From Candidatus Iainarchaeum sp. (GTDB lineage Archaea > Iainarchaeota > Iainarchaeia > Iainarchaeales > CSSED10-239), in NCBI GenBank assembly GCA_028700115.1, contig JAQVTI010000002.1, positions 1 through 32,000 of the forward strand: a stretch of 32,000 nt of DNA. Direction: 5' to 3'. A model generated the notes under the pieces. It was not told the origin of the DNA. It saw nothing but the letters and a program-made list of their open reading frames with translations, and ran no database searches. The translations under genes were made by a program, and so were the position numbers. This document shows, piece after piece, positions 16,046 through 25,673 of the stretch (its first letter is position 1; each line of letters opens with the position of its first letter).

Positions 16046-16573
16046 ATGCCTGAAGAAAAATCAAAAAATAATCCAATGAAAGAAATTTATATTGATAAAG
16101 TTGTTGTAAACATAGGTGTTGGAGAAGGAGGTGCAGAATTAGAAAAATCTGCAAAAATTCTTGAACTTGTTACTAAAAAACATGTTGTTAAAACAATTTG
16201 TAAAGTTAAACTTCCAACTTGGGGAATTAGACCTGGGCTTCCTATTGGTTGTAAAACAACTCTTAGAGGAAAAGAAGCTATTGATTTTATAACACTTACA
16301 CTTAAAGCAAAAAGAAATAAATTAAAAGCAAAGTCTTTTACAAAAGAAGGTAATTTTTCATATGGTATTCATGAATATTTAGATGTTCCTGGTATTAAAT
16401 ATGATCCAGAACTTGGAATTAGAGGGTTTGATGTTTGTATAAATCTTAGAAGAAGAGGTTATAGAATTAAATTAAGAAAATATAATCAACAAAAATTAGG
16501 TAAAAAACAAATTGTTTCAAAAAATGAAGCAATTGATTTTATTAAACAAAAATTTGGGGTTGTGGTTGAATGA
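16046..16573 (+). CDS. rpl5: 50S ribosomal protein L5 (uL5)
   Basis: IDKVVVNIGVGEGG...GIRPGLPIGCKTTLRGKEAIDF; ATG 16046 preferred over GTG 16037 (GTGATT is the SD-like element). Confidence 0.95.
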   Translation: MPEEKSKNNPMKEIYIDKVVVNIGVGEGGAELEKSAKILELVTKKHVVKTICKVKLPTWGIRPGLPIGCKTTLRGKEAIDFITLTLKAKRNKLKAKSFTKEGNFSYGIHEYLDVPGIKYDPELGIRGFDVCINLRRRGYRIKLRKYNQQKLGKKQIVSKNEAIDFIKQKFGVVVE

Positions 16574-16758
16574 CTACAAATAAAGAAAATAAAGGTGTGA
16601 CTAAAAAAATTAGTCCAACAAGTAAAGAAACTAAAAGAAGTAAAGCATGTAGATTTTGTGGATCTCATAGAGGAGTTATTACAAAATATAATTTATACAT
16701 CTGTAGAAGATGTTTTAATGATCATGCAGAAGAATTAGGTTTTAAAAAATATAATTAA
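16570..16758 (+). CDS. rps14: 30S ribosomal protein S14 (uS14), zinc-binding
   Basis: CRFCGSHRGVITKYNLYICRRCF. Confidence 0.95.
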   Translation: MTTNKENKGVTKKISPTSKETKRSKACRFCGSHRGVITKYNLYICRRCFNDHAEELGFKKYN

Positions 16759-16781
16759 ATAATTAGCATTTGGGTGAGTCG

Positions 16782-17171
16782 ATGAGTTTAAATGATCCTA
16801 TAGCGGATGCATTAAATAATTTAAATAATGCAGAAAATGTTGCAAAAAGTAATTGCGTTCTAAACTATTCAAAGTTATTAATATCTATTTTGGATGTTTT
16901 AAAAAATGAAGGATATATTAATAATTATAAAATTATTGATAGTAGACCTCATAAAAAAATAGAAGTTAATCTCGGTGGGAAAATAAATAAATGTAAAGCA
17001 ATAAAACCTAGATTTGCTGTAAAAAATAATGATTTTGAAAAGTTTGAAAAGTCTTATTTAATATCTAGAGATGTTGGTCTATTAGTAGTAAGTACTACAA
17101 ATGGTTTAATGACTCATAAAGATGCAAAAAAGTTAGGTCTTGGTGGTAGATTACTTGCATATATTTATTAA
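16782..17171 (+). CDS. rps8: 30S ribosomal protein S8 (uS8)
   Basis: MSLNDPIADALNNLNNAEN...RDVGLLVVSTTNGLMTHKDAKKLGLGGRLLAYIY; start after GGGTGAG. Confidence 0.95.
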   Translation: MSLNDPIADALNNLNNAENVAKSNCVLNYSKLLISILDVLKNEGYINNYKIIDSRPHKKIEVNLGGKINKCKAIKPRFAVKNNDFEKFEKSYLISRDVGLLVVSTTNGLMTHKDAKKLGLGGRLLAYIY

Positions 17172-17201
17172 ATAGTTTATAAAAATTTAATGTTGATCTT
17201 T

Positions 17202-17753
17202 ATGACTGAAGAAAAAAAAATTAAAGAAATTAAAAAAAATATTATAGATGTTTCTAAAGATATTTCTATAAAAATAGAAAAAAATATAATTATTTTAGAA
17301 AAAGCAGGTGTTTCTCAAGAAATTGTTTTTAATCCTGTTTATATATATATAGATGTCTTAGATAATCAAATAATAATTACCCCTAGAAATAAAAAAAGGA
17401 AGTTTGTGTCTGTATCAAATACTATTAAAAAAATTATTATGAATGCAATTAATGGTTTTGATAAAGAATATGTTTATACTTTATCAATAGTTTATTCTCA
17501 CTTTCCAATAACAGTTAAAGTAGATGGGACAAATATAATAATCTCAAATTTTTTAGGAGAAAAAAAACCTAGAAAAACAAAAATTGCCCCAGGTTGTGTA
17601 GTTCAAGTTAATGGTAAGGAGATTATTGTTAAAGGTAAAAATAAATATGCAGTTGGACAAACTGCAGGTAGTCTAGAATCTACTGCAAGAGTAATTGGTA
17701 GAGATTATAGAGTTTTTGATGATGGTATTTATATTACTGGTAAAAATATATAG
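17202..17753 (+). CDS. rpl6: 50S ribosomal protein L6 (uL6)
   Basis: VYTLSIVYSHFPITVKV...NFLGEKKPRKTKIAPGC...VGQTAGSLE...RVFDDGIYITGK. Confidence 0.94.
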   Translation: MTEEKKIKEIKKNIIDVSKDISIKIEKNIIILEKAGVSQEIVFNPVYIYIDVLDNQIIITPRNKKRKFVSVSNTIKKIIMNAINGFDKEYVYTLSIVYSHFPITVKVDGTNIIISNFLGEKKPRKTKIAPGCVVQVNGKEIIVKGKNKYAVGQTAGSLESTARVIGRDYRVFDDGIYITGKNI

Positions 17754-17776
17754 ATTTAATTATAATGTGAATAATT

Positions 17777-18118
17777 ATGAGTAAAGATACACCAAATTTT
17801 AGAGGGCATTTTCCTCTTACAACTAGAAGAAGAAAAAAAAGAAGAGATGTTACTAAATGGAGAAGACCTAGAGGAATTGATAGTACACTTGCAACTCCAA
17901 GAGGACCTATTCCTAAAGTAGGATATGGTCATAAAAACGAAGATAAATATAAACATCCTTCTAATTTAAAAGAAGTTTTAGTTTGTTCTATGACTGATTT
18001 TGATAATATCTTTTTAGAAGAACCTGTAGCTATTAGATTTTCATCTACTTTAGGTAAAAAGAAAAAAGAAGATATTAGAAAATTAGCAATGGAAAAAAAT
18101 ATTAAAGTTTTAAATTAA
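17777..18118 (+). CDS. rpl32e: 50S ribosomal protein L32e (eL32)
   Basis: KWRRPRGIDSTLATPRGPIPKVGYGHKNEDKYKHPSNLKEVLV. Confidence 0.94.
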   Translation: MSKDTPNFRGHFPLTTRRRKKRRDVTKWRRPRGIDSTLATPRGPIPKVGYGHKNEDKYKHPSNLKEVLVCSMTDFDNIFLEEPVAIRFSSTLGKKKKEDIRKLAMEKNIKVLN

Positions 18119-18121
18119 AAT

Positions 18122-18580
18122 GTGACTTTTATGAAATTAAATAAAATTAAAGAAACTGCTGGTAAGATTCTAAAAAAAGGAAAACATAAGTTAGTTATCA
18201 ATTTAGAAAAATTTGAAGAAAATAAAAAACAAGTTACTGATGCAATTACAAGAAGTGATGTTAAAGATATTATTTCAAAAGGAATTATAGATATTAAAAA
18301 AAATACAGGACAATCAAGAGGAAGAGCAAGAGATCTTTTAGAAAAAAAGAAACTTAAAAGGAAAAAAGGTCCTGGAAAAAAAAAGGGTACTTTGAAAGCA
18401 AGACAAAAAGATAATGTTTATAATTTGAAAGTTAGAGGTCTTAGAAAAAGATTAAAAGAGTTAAAAAAAGAAGATAAATTAAATGATAAAAATTATAAAA
18501 AATTATATTTAATGATTAAAGGTAATTATTTTAGAGGAAAAAAACATTTAGAAGAATATATTAATGGTGAAAATAAATGA
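18122..18580 (+). CDS. rpl19e: 50S ribosomal protein L19e (eL19)
   Basis: DVKDIISKGIIDIKKNTGQSRGRARDLLEKKKLKRKKGPGKKKGTLKAR. Confidence 0.94.
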   Translation: MTFMKLNKIKETAGKILKKGKHKLVINLEKFEENKKQVTDAITRSDVKDIISKGIIDIKKNTGQSRGRARDLLEKKKLKRKKGPGKKKGTLKARQKDNVYNLKVRGLRKRLKELKKEDKLNDKNYKKLYLMIKGNYFRGKKHLEEYINGENK

Positions 18581-19086
18581 AAAGCGGTCCTACTTATAAA
18601 GTTTCTTTTAAAAGAAAAAGAGAACAAAAAACTGATTATAAAAAGAGACTTGCATTTTTAAAGTCTGGGGAATATAGATTTATTACTAGAATTTCTAATA
18701 ATCTTGTAAGATGTCAAGTTATTTCTTATGAAGTTAATGGAGATAAAACAATTGTTTCTATTACATCTAATGATTTAAAAAAGTTAGGATGGAATTATAG
18801 TTTAAAAAGTACTCCTGCAATATATCTTACTGCATTATTACTTGCAAAAAAATTAAAAGAAAAAAATATTACAAAAGTTATTTTTGATACTGGTCTTAGA
18901 AATTATAAATCTAAGTCTAAAATATATGCTGCATTAAAAGCAATTGTAGATTTTGGTATAATTTGTCCTCATGATCCAAAGGCTTTTCCAAATGATGATA
19001 GAATAAATGGTTTGCATATAGATAATTTTTTAAAAAATAATATTTCTAAAAAGTTTGAAGAAATTAAAAATAGTTTATTAAAATAA
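18577..19086 (+). CDS. rpl18: 50S ribosomal protein L18 (uL18)
   Basis: RRKREQKTDYKKRLAFLKSGEYRFITRISNN; DTGLRNYKSKSKIYAALKAIVDFGI. Confidence 0.94.
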   Translation: MKSGPTYKVSFKRKREQKTDYKKRLAFLKSGEYRFITRISNNLVRCQVISYEVNGDKTIVSITSNDLKKLGWNYSLKSTPAIYLTALLLAKKLKEKNITKVIFDTGLRNYKSKSKIYAALKAIVDFGIICPHDPKAFPNDDRINGLHIDNFLKNNISKKFEEIKNSLLK

Positions 19087-19102
19087 AATTAATGTGAAAA
19101 TT

Positions 19103-19792
19103 ATGCCTGTTGAAAGAAAAGATTCAAAAATAAAAAGAAGAAGTCCAAAAGAAAGATCTTTAAATCCAGAATTTGATAGAGATTCTTGGGTTCCAAAAAC
19201 AAATCTTGGTAGAAAAGTGAAATCTGGAGAAATTAGTTCTTTAGATGAAGCTTTTAAGTTTGGGGTTATTATGGAACCACAAATTGTTGATTTTTTAATT
19301 CCTGATATTAAAATAAAAGTAATTGATGTTAAAAAAACAACTAGAGTTACTAGAGCTGGGAGACATTTTTCTTTTAGAGTTTCTGCAATTGTAGGAGATG
19401 GAAATGGGCATGTAGGTATTGGTACTGGTAAAAATTTAGAAAGATTTACAGCACAAGAAAAAGCAATTCAAAATGCAAAATTAAAAATGGTTTCTGTTAA
19501 AAGTGGTTCAGGTAGTTGGGAAAGTAATACTTTTGATGATAATTCTATTCCTTTTAGAACTGTTGGGAAATGTTCTTCTTTAAGAGTTGAACTTTTACCA
19601 GCCCCAAAAGGAGTTGGTCTTGCAGTAAGTGATACTATTAAACCTGTTTTTGAACTTGTAGGAATTTCTAATATTTGGTCAAAAACAAGAGGTGCAACAG
19701 ATACAAAGTTAAATTTTGTAAAAGCTGCAATTGATGCTTTATCAAATTTAAATAAAATAAAAAGTTTAAATAAAAAAGAAGATGTTGAATAA
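19103..19792 (+). CDS. rps5: 30S ribosomal protein S5 (uS5)
   Basis: TRAGRHFSFRVSAIVGDGNGHVGIGTGK...GLAVSDTIKPVFELVGISNIWSKTRG. Confidence 0.96.
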   Translation: MPVERKDSKIKRRSPKERSLNPEFDRDSWVPKTNLGRKVKSGEISSLDEAFKFGVIMEPQIVDFLIPDIKIKVIDVKKTTRVTRAGRHFSFRVSAIVGDGNGHVGIGTGKNLERFTAQEKAIQNAKLKMVSVKSGSGSWESNTFDDNSIPFRTVGKCSSLRVELLPAPKGVGLAVSDTIKPVFELVGISNIWSKTRGATDTKLNFVKAAIDALSNLNKIKSLNKKEDVE

Positions 19793-19816
19793 ATTTATTT
19801 TTAAATGTGAATTGAT

Positions 19817-20272
19817 ATGTTTGTAATACTTAGAGTTAGAGGAAAAATTGGGGTTAGAGAAAACATAGAACGATCTATGGAGTTATTAAATCTAACTAGA
19901 GTTAATCATTGTGTTTTATATAATGATAATCCTAAAATTAAAGGAATGCTTAAAAAAGCAAAAGATTATATTACTTGGGGAGAAATTTCAAAGGATGTTT
20001 TAATTAAACTTTTAAAAAAAAGAGGGAAAGTTTATACAAAAGAAGGGAAATTAATTAAAATTTCTGAGCAAGAAAAAGATTTTGAAAAACTTGCAGAAGA
20101 TATTCTTTCTTCTAAGAAAAATATTAAAGAGTTAAATATTAAACCAGTTTTTAGATTAAAACCTCCTTCTAAAGGTTATGATAAAAAAGGTATTAAAAAA
20201 ACTTTTAAAGAAGGCGGAGTTTTAGGATATAGAGGAGAAAATATTAATTCTCTTTTAAGAAGAATGATTTAG
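19817..20272 (+). CDS. rpl30: 50S ribosomal protein L30 (uL30)
   Basis: MFVILRVRGKIGVRENIERSMELLNLTRVNHCVLYNDNPKIKGMLKKAKDYITWGEI. Confidence 0.95.
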   Translation: MFVILRVRGKIGVRENIERSMELLNLTRVNHCVLYNDNPKIKGMLKKAKDYITWGEISKDVLIKLLKKRGKVYTKEGKLIKISEQEKDFEKLAEDILSSKKNIKELNIKPVFRLKPPSKGYDKKGIKKTFKEGGVLGYRGENINSLLRRMI

Positions 20273-20285
20273 AAAGGTAATTTTT

Positions 20286-20654
20286 ATGAGTAAATCAAAA
20301 ACAGATAGATTAAGAGGAAAAAGAACTTTTGGGAAAGGAAATACAAAAAATAATAGAGGAGGCGGTTCTACTGGTGGTAGAGGTAGAGGTGGTTCTTTTA
20401 AACATAAGTTTGGTAAATTTTCTTCAACAATAGGAATTAAAGTAACTCTAAAACCTAAAAATAAATTAAAAACTATAACTTTAAAAGATTTAAGTTTATT
20501 AATAAAAGATTCTAAAGAAATTAATTTAAAAAATTTAGGATACGATAAAGTTTTAGGAACTGGGAATATTAATAAATCAGTTGTTATTAAGAATGCTAAA
20601 TTTACAGAAACAGCAAAAGCAAAGATTGAAGCAGCTGGAGGGAAGTTTGAATGA
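20286..20654 (+). CDS. rpl15: 50S ribosomal protein L15 (uL15), short
   Basis: MSKSKTDRLRGKRTFGKGNTKNNRGGGSTGGRGRGG; conserved position before secY. Confidence 0.92.
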   Translation: MSKSKTDRLRGKRTFGKGNTKNNRGGGSTGGRGRGGSFKHKFGKFSSTIGIKVTLKPKNKLKTITLKDLSLLIKDSKEINLKNLGYDKVLGTGNINKSVVIKNAKFTETAKAKIEAAGGKFE

Positions 20655-21985
20655 GTTTCATTAATTTGATGCAAAAAATTTTGCCATCTGTAAAAGATCC
20701 AATAAAAGTACCAAATCTTAAAAAAAAATTAATTTGGACTGGTTTGGTTTTAGCTGTATTTTTTATATTAGGTAATATAGAAATTATAGGTGTTGCCCCA
20801 GAAGCACTTTTACAACTAGAATATCTTCAATTAGTTATGGCTAGTCAATTAGGAACTCTTATTACTTTGGGAATTGGGCCCATAGTTTTAGCATCCATTA
20901 TTTTACAATTATTAGTTGGGGTTAAAATTTTTAATTTAGATTTTTCAAATCCCCAAGATAGAGCTAAATTTGGAATTTGGCAAAAAGTTTTAGCAATAAT
21001 TTTAGCTTTTGTAGAAGCAATTGTTTCTGTAAAAGTAGGTATGCTTGTTCCTCTTCCAGGAATGACAATGCTTGTTATTTTACAAGCTGCATTAGGTACA
21101 ATAGTTTTATTGTATTTAGATGAAGTAGTTTCAAAATATGGAATTGGTTCAGGAATAGGTCTTTTCATTGCTGCAGGAGTTTCCCAAACAATTCTTTGGA
21201 GAATTTTTATGTTTCCTGCAATTGCAAATGGTCAGGTAGGGTTAATAGGGATTGCAATTAATGCTATTAAAACAGGTGCATTAACTACTCTTTTATTAAG
21301 TGTTATTATTCCTATTTTAGTAACTTTAGTTGTATTTTTTGTAATTGTTTATGTTGAAGGAATGCATGTTAATATTCCATTAACTGTTGGACGTAGTGGT
21401 ATGGGTGCAAAATATCCTGTTAAACTTTTATATGTTTCAAATATGCCAGTTATTTTAGCATCTACTCTTTTTGCAAATGTACAGTTATTTGTAAATCTTG
21501 CAAAAGATACTGCTCTTGAAAATTTAGTTTTTAAAATATCTGAGTTTTTAACCCCACAATATGATTTAATTTCCAAAACAATTTTAGGAAGTGTTACAGG
21601 TAATGCTTGGCTTCAAGCTTTTGGATATATGATTGTTTTTGTTTTAGTTTGTGTTATTTTTGGAAAATTTTGGGTTCAAGTTGGGGGGCAAAATTCAGAA
21701 TCTGTTGCAAAACAATTACAATCTTCTGGGATGTCAATTCCTGGTTTTAGAAGAGATCAAAGAGTTTTAACAACAGTTTTAAAAAGATATATCCCAACAA
21801 TTACAATTTTAGGTTCCATTTTTGTTGGTCTTTTAGCATTTTTTTCAGATCTTACTGGTGCAATTGGTTCAGGAATTGGAATTTTATTAACTGTCGGAAT
21901 TATTTATAGATTTTATGAACAAATGGCAAAAGATCAAATGTTTGAATCTAGTGCTCTTGTAAAACAATTAATGGGTAAAAAATAG
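20651..21985 (+). CDS. secY: Preprotein translocase subunit SecY
   Basis: Multi-TM; LIKMPNL-like N-terminus, VEGMHVNIPLTVGRSG.G..YPVKLLYVSNMPVILAS, IPGFRRDQRVLTTVLKRYIP. Confidence 0.97.
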   Translation: MSFINLMQKILPSVKDPIKVPNLKKKLIWTGLVLAVFFILGNIEIIGVAPEALLQLEYLQLVMASQLGTLITLGIGPIVLASIILQLLVGVKIFNLDFSNPQDRAKFGIWQKVLAIILAFVEAIVSVKVGMLVPLPGMTMLVILQAALGTIVLLYLDEVVSKYGIGSGIGLFIAAGVSQTILWRIFMFPAIANGQVGLIGIAINAIKTGALTTLLLSVIIPILVTLVVFFVIVYVEGMHVNIPLTVGRSGMGAKYPVKLLYVSNMPVILASTLFANVQLFVNLAKDTALENLVFKISEFLTPQYDLISKTILGSVTGNAWLQAFGYMIVFVLVCVIFGKFWVQVGGQNSESVAKQLQSSGMSIPGFRRDQRVLTTVLKRYIPTITILGSIFVGLLAFFSDLTGAIGSGIGILLTVGIIYRFYEQMAKDQMFESSALVKQLMGKK

Positions 21986-22075
21986 TTTTTGTTTTTAATT
22001 ATTGTGTTTTTAATTTTTTTAAAAATTAAAAATTGGTTATTAAAAAATATTAAAATTTAAAAAAGGTAAGAATTA

Positions 22076-22528
22076 ATGTTTGAAGTTCCTGTTATAAGTT
22101 ATTGGGTTGATTTAATAATTATTGTTTTATTTTATGCTTTTGCATATAAATTTATTCAACATTTAACTGTAAATCCAAAAGAATATTTTAAATTTAAATA
22201 TGAAAGTAAAAAAATAAATGAAGAATTAAAAAAATTATCTAAAGAACAAAAATTAGATGAAATGAAAGCAAAACAAAAAGAATCTTTTAAGATGGTTGGA
22301 AAACAATTTAAAATGACTCAAAAATCTATGTTTGTTATGATGATTGTTGCTCTGCCTATTCTTTGGGTTATTAAAGAATATTATGGGAAAATAGTTTATG
22401 ATTTTATAATTTTTTCAGTAAATGGTTTGTGGGCTTATATTATTTTAGGTGTTATTGTATCTATGATAATTAATAATATTTATGATAAAAAATTAGGTAA
22501 AAAATATTATGCAGAATTTGAAAAATAG
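22076..22528 (+). CDS. DUF106/EMC3-like membrane protein (YidC/Oxa1 superfamily relative)
   Basis: LNKLSKEQKLDEMKAKQKESFKMVGKQFKMTQKSMFVMMIVALPILWVIKEYYG; conserved position after secY. Confidence 0.85.
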   Translation: MFEVPVISYWVDLIIIVLFYAFAYKFIQHLTVNPKEYFKFKYESKKINEELKKLSKEQKLDEMKAKQKESFKMVGKQFKMTQKSMFVMMIVALPILWVIKEYYGKIVYDFIIFSVNGLWAYIILGVIVSMIINNIYDKKLGKKYYAEFEK

Positions 22529-22585
22529 TTTTTAAAAATAGTATATAAAAAAGGATTGTTATATAATATTTAAAAGGTGAAATAT

Positions 22586-22927
22586 ATGCCAAGTGCAAGT
22601 ATAAGAAATAGAAAATTAAAAACAGTAAGAACACCAAGTGGTAAGTCAAAAATAATTATTAAAAAGAAAAAAACAAATAAGCATATTTGTGCAATATCTA
22701 AAAAACCATTATCAGGTATGCCACATGGAAAAAGAGTTTTTGAAGTTTTAAGAATGTCAAAAACACAAAGAAGACCAGAAAATCCATTATCTTCTATGCT
22801 TTCTTCAAAAGTTAGAGATGATGTTTATCTTCAAGCGGTAATGCTTAAATATAATTTAATTACAAAAGATGATGTAGATTATAGATATAAAAAATATATT
22901 GATATGATTTATAATAAAATTGAATAA
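22586..22927 (+). CDS. rpl34e: 50S ribosomal protein L34e (eL34)
   Basis: MPSASIRNRKLKTVRTPSGKSKI...CAISKKPLSGMPHGK..E.LRMSKTQRRPENPLS; ATG 22586 preferred. Confidence 0.92.
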   Translation: MPSASIRNRKLKTVRTPSGKSKIIIKKKKTNKHICAISKKPLSGMPHGKRVFEVLRMSKTQRRPENPLSSMLSSKVRDDVYLQAVMLKYNLITKDDVDYRYKKYIDMIYNKIE

Positions 22928-22938
22928 GTGTGGTATTT

Positions 22939-23094
22939 ATGGGAATTTTAAAACCTGGAAAAGAATGTATTTTAATTAAAGGAAATGATTTTGGTAAAAA
23001 AATTAAAATAGAAAAAATAGAAAATAATTTTGTTTATTTTAAAGAAAAAGATAAAGAAAAAAAGGTAGGTATTTATCATATCTTTCCTTTATAA
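22939..23094 (+). CDS. rpl14e: Minimal 50S ribosomal protein L14e (eL14), 51 aa; absent from the supplied ORF track
   Basis: MGILKPGKECILIKGNDFGKKIKIEKIENNFVYFKEKDKEKKVGIYHIFPL* resembles the eL14 core (GRVCVKxxGRDAGKK.VVVDIIDDNFVLV...RRRVNIxHLEP) and sits between eL34 and uS13. Confidence 0.75.
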   Translation: MGILKPGKECILIKGNDFGKKIKIEKIENNFVYFKEKDKEKKVGIYHIFPL

Positions 23095-23114
23095 TTTGAA
23101 AATGTGTGTTTATT

Positions 23115-23741
23115 ATGGCTAAAGCAAAGGCAAAAGGAAAAGTAAATAATTCTAAATCAAAAAGTGGAAATAAAAAACCACAAAAAAATACAAGAAAGAA
23201 AGAAAGTTCTATTGTTAAAGTTACAAAAACTGAAAGAGTTTTTAAACAAAAAACAAGAAATATTCCTTCTCATTTAGATTTAAGTAAAGAAAAAGATGAT
23301 TTTAAGCATGTTGTAAGAATTTCAAATAGGGATATCCCAGGATATATGTCTATTGGAAATGGGCTTGAATTAATTTATGGAATTAGTAATAGATTAGGGA
23401 AAGCAATAGAAGTTATTTTTTATAAAAAAACAAATCAAGAAAGTTTAAAAATAGGTTATTTAAAAGAAAATGATATTGAAGTTTTAAATGATATTATTTT
23501 AAATTTAGATAAAGAAGTTCCATCTTGGCTTTTAAATAGAGCAAAAACAATTGATGGAGATGGAAAAAAACATTTAATAATGGCTGATTTGAAATTAGAA
23601 CTTAGAAAAAATCTTCAAAGACTTGGAAAAATTAAAAGTTATAGAGGTCTTAGATTACAATGGGGTCTTCCTGTTAGAGGTCAAAAAACAAAATCTACTT
23701 TTAGAAATGGTGGAGTTGTAGGAGTTTCTAAGAAAAAATAG
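23115..23741 (+). CDS. rps13: 30S ribosomal protein S13 (uS13) with Lys-rich N-terminal extension
   Basis: FKHVVRISNRDIPGYMSIGNGLELIYGISNRLGKA...RGLRLQWGLPVRGQKTKSTFRNG. Confidence 0.96.
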   Translation: MAKAKAKGKVNNSKSKSGNKKPQKNTRKKESSIVKVTKTERVFKQKTRNIPSHLDLSKEKDDFKHVVRISNRDIPGYMSIGNGLELIYGISNRLGKAIEVIFYKKTNQESLKIGYLKENDIEVLNDIILNLDKEVPSWLLNRAKTIDGDGKKHLIMADLKLELRKNLQRLGKIKSYRGLRLQWGLPVRGQKTKSTFRNGGVVGVSKKK

Positions 23742-23772
23742 TTTTTTTATTTTTTTTTAAATGTGATAAATT

Positions 23773-24360
23773 ATGGGTGAACCAAAAAGATTAAATAGAT
23801 TATACGATGTTCCTAGAATGAAGTGGAATAAACAAAAAATAAAAGCAGATAATAAAATCATTAATGATTATGGTCTTAAAAGAAAAAAAGAAATCTGGAA
23901 AGCAGAAACTATGGTTAGAAACTATAGAAAAAAAGCAAGACTTCTTTTAGCTGGAAGAGTAGATGATTATGCTACTAGAAAAGATGAATTATTAAATAGG
24001 CTTATAAGATTAGGTATTTTTACTAAAGATCATAAAATTGAAGATGTTTTAAAAATTAGTGCAAATGATGTTTTAGATAGAAGACTTCAAACATTAGTTT
24101 TTAGAAAAGGACTTTCATTAACACCAACTCAAGCAAGACAATTAATTACACACGGACATATTCTTGTAAATGGAAAAATAAGAAAGACTCCAAGTTCTTT
24201 AATTTATAAAGATGATTCTATATCTTATTCAAATACTAAAATAAAAAATGAAATTGAAAAATCAATTGAAACTAAAGGAAAATCTTTTGTTCCAAAAGAA
24301 GATAAATCAAAAGTAGATTTAGATTCTAAAAAAGAAGAAACAAAAGAAGTTAAGGAGTGA
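23773..24360 (+). CDS. rps4: 30S ribosomal protein S4 (uS4)
   Basis: KNYRKKARLLLAG...LDVLDRRLQTLVFRKGLSLTPTQARQLITHGHILVNGK. Confidence 0.96.
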   Translation: MGEPKRLNRLYDVPRMKWNKQKIKADNKIINDYGLKRKKEIWKAETMVRNYRKKARLLLAGRVDDYATRKDELLNRLIRLGIFTKDHKIEDVLKISANDVLDRRLQTLVFRKGLSLTPTQARQLITHGHILVNGKIRKTPSSLIYKDDSISYSNTKIKNEIEKSIETKGKSFVPKEDKSKVDLDSKKEETKEVKE

Positions 24361-24366
24361 TTCTAG

Positions 24367-24756
24367 ATGGCTGGGAATGATAAGATTGGTTTAATAAATA
24401 TTTTTGCATCTAGAAATAATACTATAATGGTTTTAACAGATGAGACTGGTGCAGAAGTTATTGCAAAATCATCAGGTGGGCAATTAACTAAATCACAACA
24501 TAAAGAAGGTTCTCCTTATGTTGCTATGAAAATGTCTCAAGTTATTGCAGAAAAAGCAAAAGAAAAAGGAATTAAAGAAGTTCATGTTAAAATTAGAGCT
24601 CCTGGAGGAAATTTATATAATAATCCTGGTCAAGGTGCTGAGCCTTCTATTAAGTCTTTAACAAGACATGGATTAAAGATATTAAGTATAACAAATACAA
24701 CTCCAATACCTCATGATGGTTGTAGAAAGAAAAAATGTTATAGAAGAAAAAAATAA
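24367..24756 (+). CDS. rps11: 30S ribosomal protein S11 (uS11)
   Basis: GLINIFASRNNTIMVLTDETG...HVKIRAPGGN...TPIPHDGCRKKKCYRRKK. Confidence 0.97.
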   Translation: MAGNDKIGLINIFASRNNTIMVLTDETGAEVIAKSSGGQLTKSQHKEGSPYVAMKMSQVIAEKAKEKGIKEVHVKIRAPGGNLYNNPGQGAEPSIKSLTRHGLKILSITNTTPIPHDGCRKKKCYRRKK

Positions 24757-24793
24757 TTTATATAAATATAATTTTTTATCTGTGTGATTAAAT

Positions 24794-25525
24794 ATGACTA
24801 AAATAAAATTTTTAGAAACTGAGTTTCAAAATAATAAGTTTCTTGTTGAAAATATAGATCCAATAATTTTAAATACATTAAGAAGAATGATAAGTTATCT
24901 TCTTCCAATATATGCAGTTGAAGAAATTGATTTTCATATAAATGATTCTGTTGTGATTGATGAGATGCTTGCTAATAGAATAGGTCTTTGTCCTATTAAA
25001 ACTCCTTTAATCAATACTGGTAAAAAAGTTACTTTATCTTTAGATAAACAAGGTCCATGTACAGTTTATTCAAAGGATTTTATTTCAAATGATCCTGATA
25101 TTGTAATGGCATATGATAATATACCTATTACAAAATTAAATGAAGGTGAAAAAATAAATCTAGATTGTTTTGCAGTTATAGGTTCTGGTAAAGATCATGT
25201 AAAATATTCTTCTTCAATTGTTTCATATTCTCAACTTTTTGAAGTTGATTCTTCTAGAACATGTGAAGATTGTAAAAATATTTTAGATTTAGTTTCTAAA
25301 AATGCATTAAATAATTCAAAACCATATTTAATAGATTCTAATATGCAAGATTTAGTAGTTTTACAAATTGAAAAATGTGATAAAAACTGTTTAAAAATTA
25401 ATTCTACTAATAATTATATATTAAATTTAGAATTAATTGGTCAAATAGATATTAAAGATTTAATTAAATTATCAAAAAGATATGTTAAGGAGTATTTTTC
25501 TGTTTTAAAGAAAAAAATAAAATAA
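24794..25525 (+). CDS. rpoD: DNA-directed RNA polymerase subunit D
   Basis: ILNTLRRMISYLLPIYAVEEIDFHINDSVVIDEMLANRIGLCPIKTP. Confidence 0.95.
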   Translation: MTKIKFLETEFQNNKFLVENIDPIILNTLRRMISYLLPIYAVEEIDFHINDSVVIDEMLANRIGLCPIKTPLINTGKKVTLSLDKQGPCTVYSKDFISNDPDIVMAYDNIPITKLNEGEKINLDCFAVIGSGKDHVKYSSSIVSYSQLFEVDSSRTCEDCKNILDLVSKNALNNSKPYLIDSNMQDLVVLQIEKCDKNCLKINSTNNYILNLELIGQIDIKDLIKLSKRYVKEYFSVLKKKIK

Positions 25526-25543
25526 ATGTTTTAAATTTTATTT

Positions 25544-25625
25544 GCTGGGGTTCCCGAGTGGTCAAAGGGGCAGGACTTAAGATCCTGTGCTTAGTGCTTC
25601 GCAGGTTCGAATCCTGTCCCCAGCA
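25544..25625 (+). tRNA. tRNA-Leu (anticodon TAA), type II variable arm
   Basis: GCTGGGG...CCCCAGC-A acceptor; anticodon arm CAGGA-CTTAAGA-TCCTG; variable arm TGCTTAGTGCTTCGCA; T arm GCAGG-TTCGAAT-CCTGT. Confidence 0.97.
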
Positions 25626-25673
25626 TTTTATTTAAGATGTTTTAAAAATTTTATAAAATTTAGGTGTTTTTAT

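Noticed and set aside
25587-25673. N-terminal extension of the eL18 ORF
   Set aside because: It overlaps the 3' half of tRNA-Leu; the eL18 start is ATG 25674.
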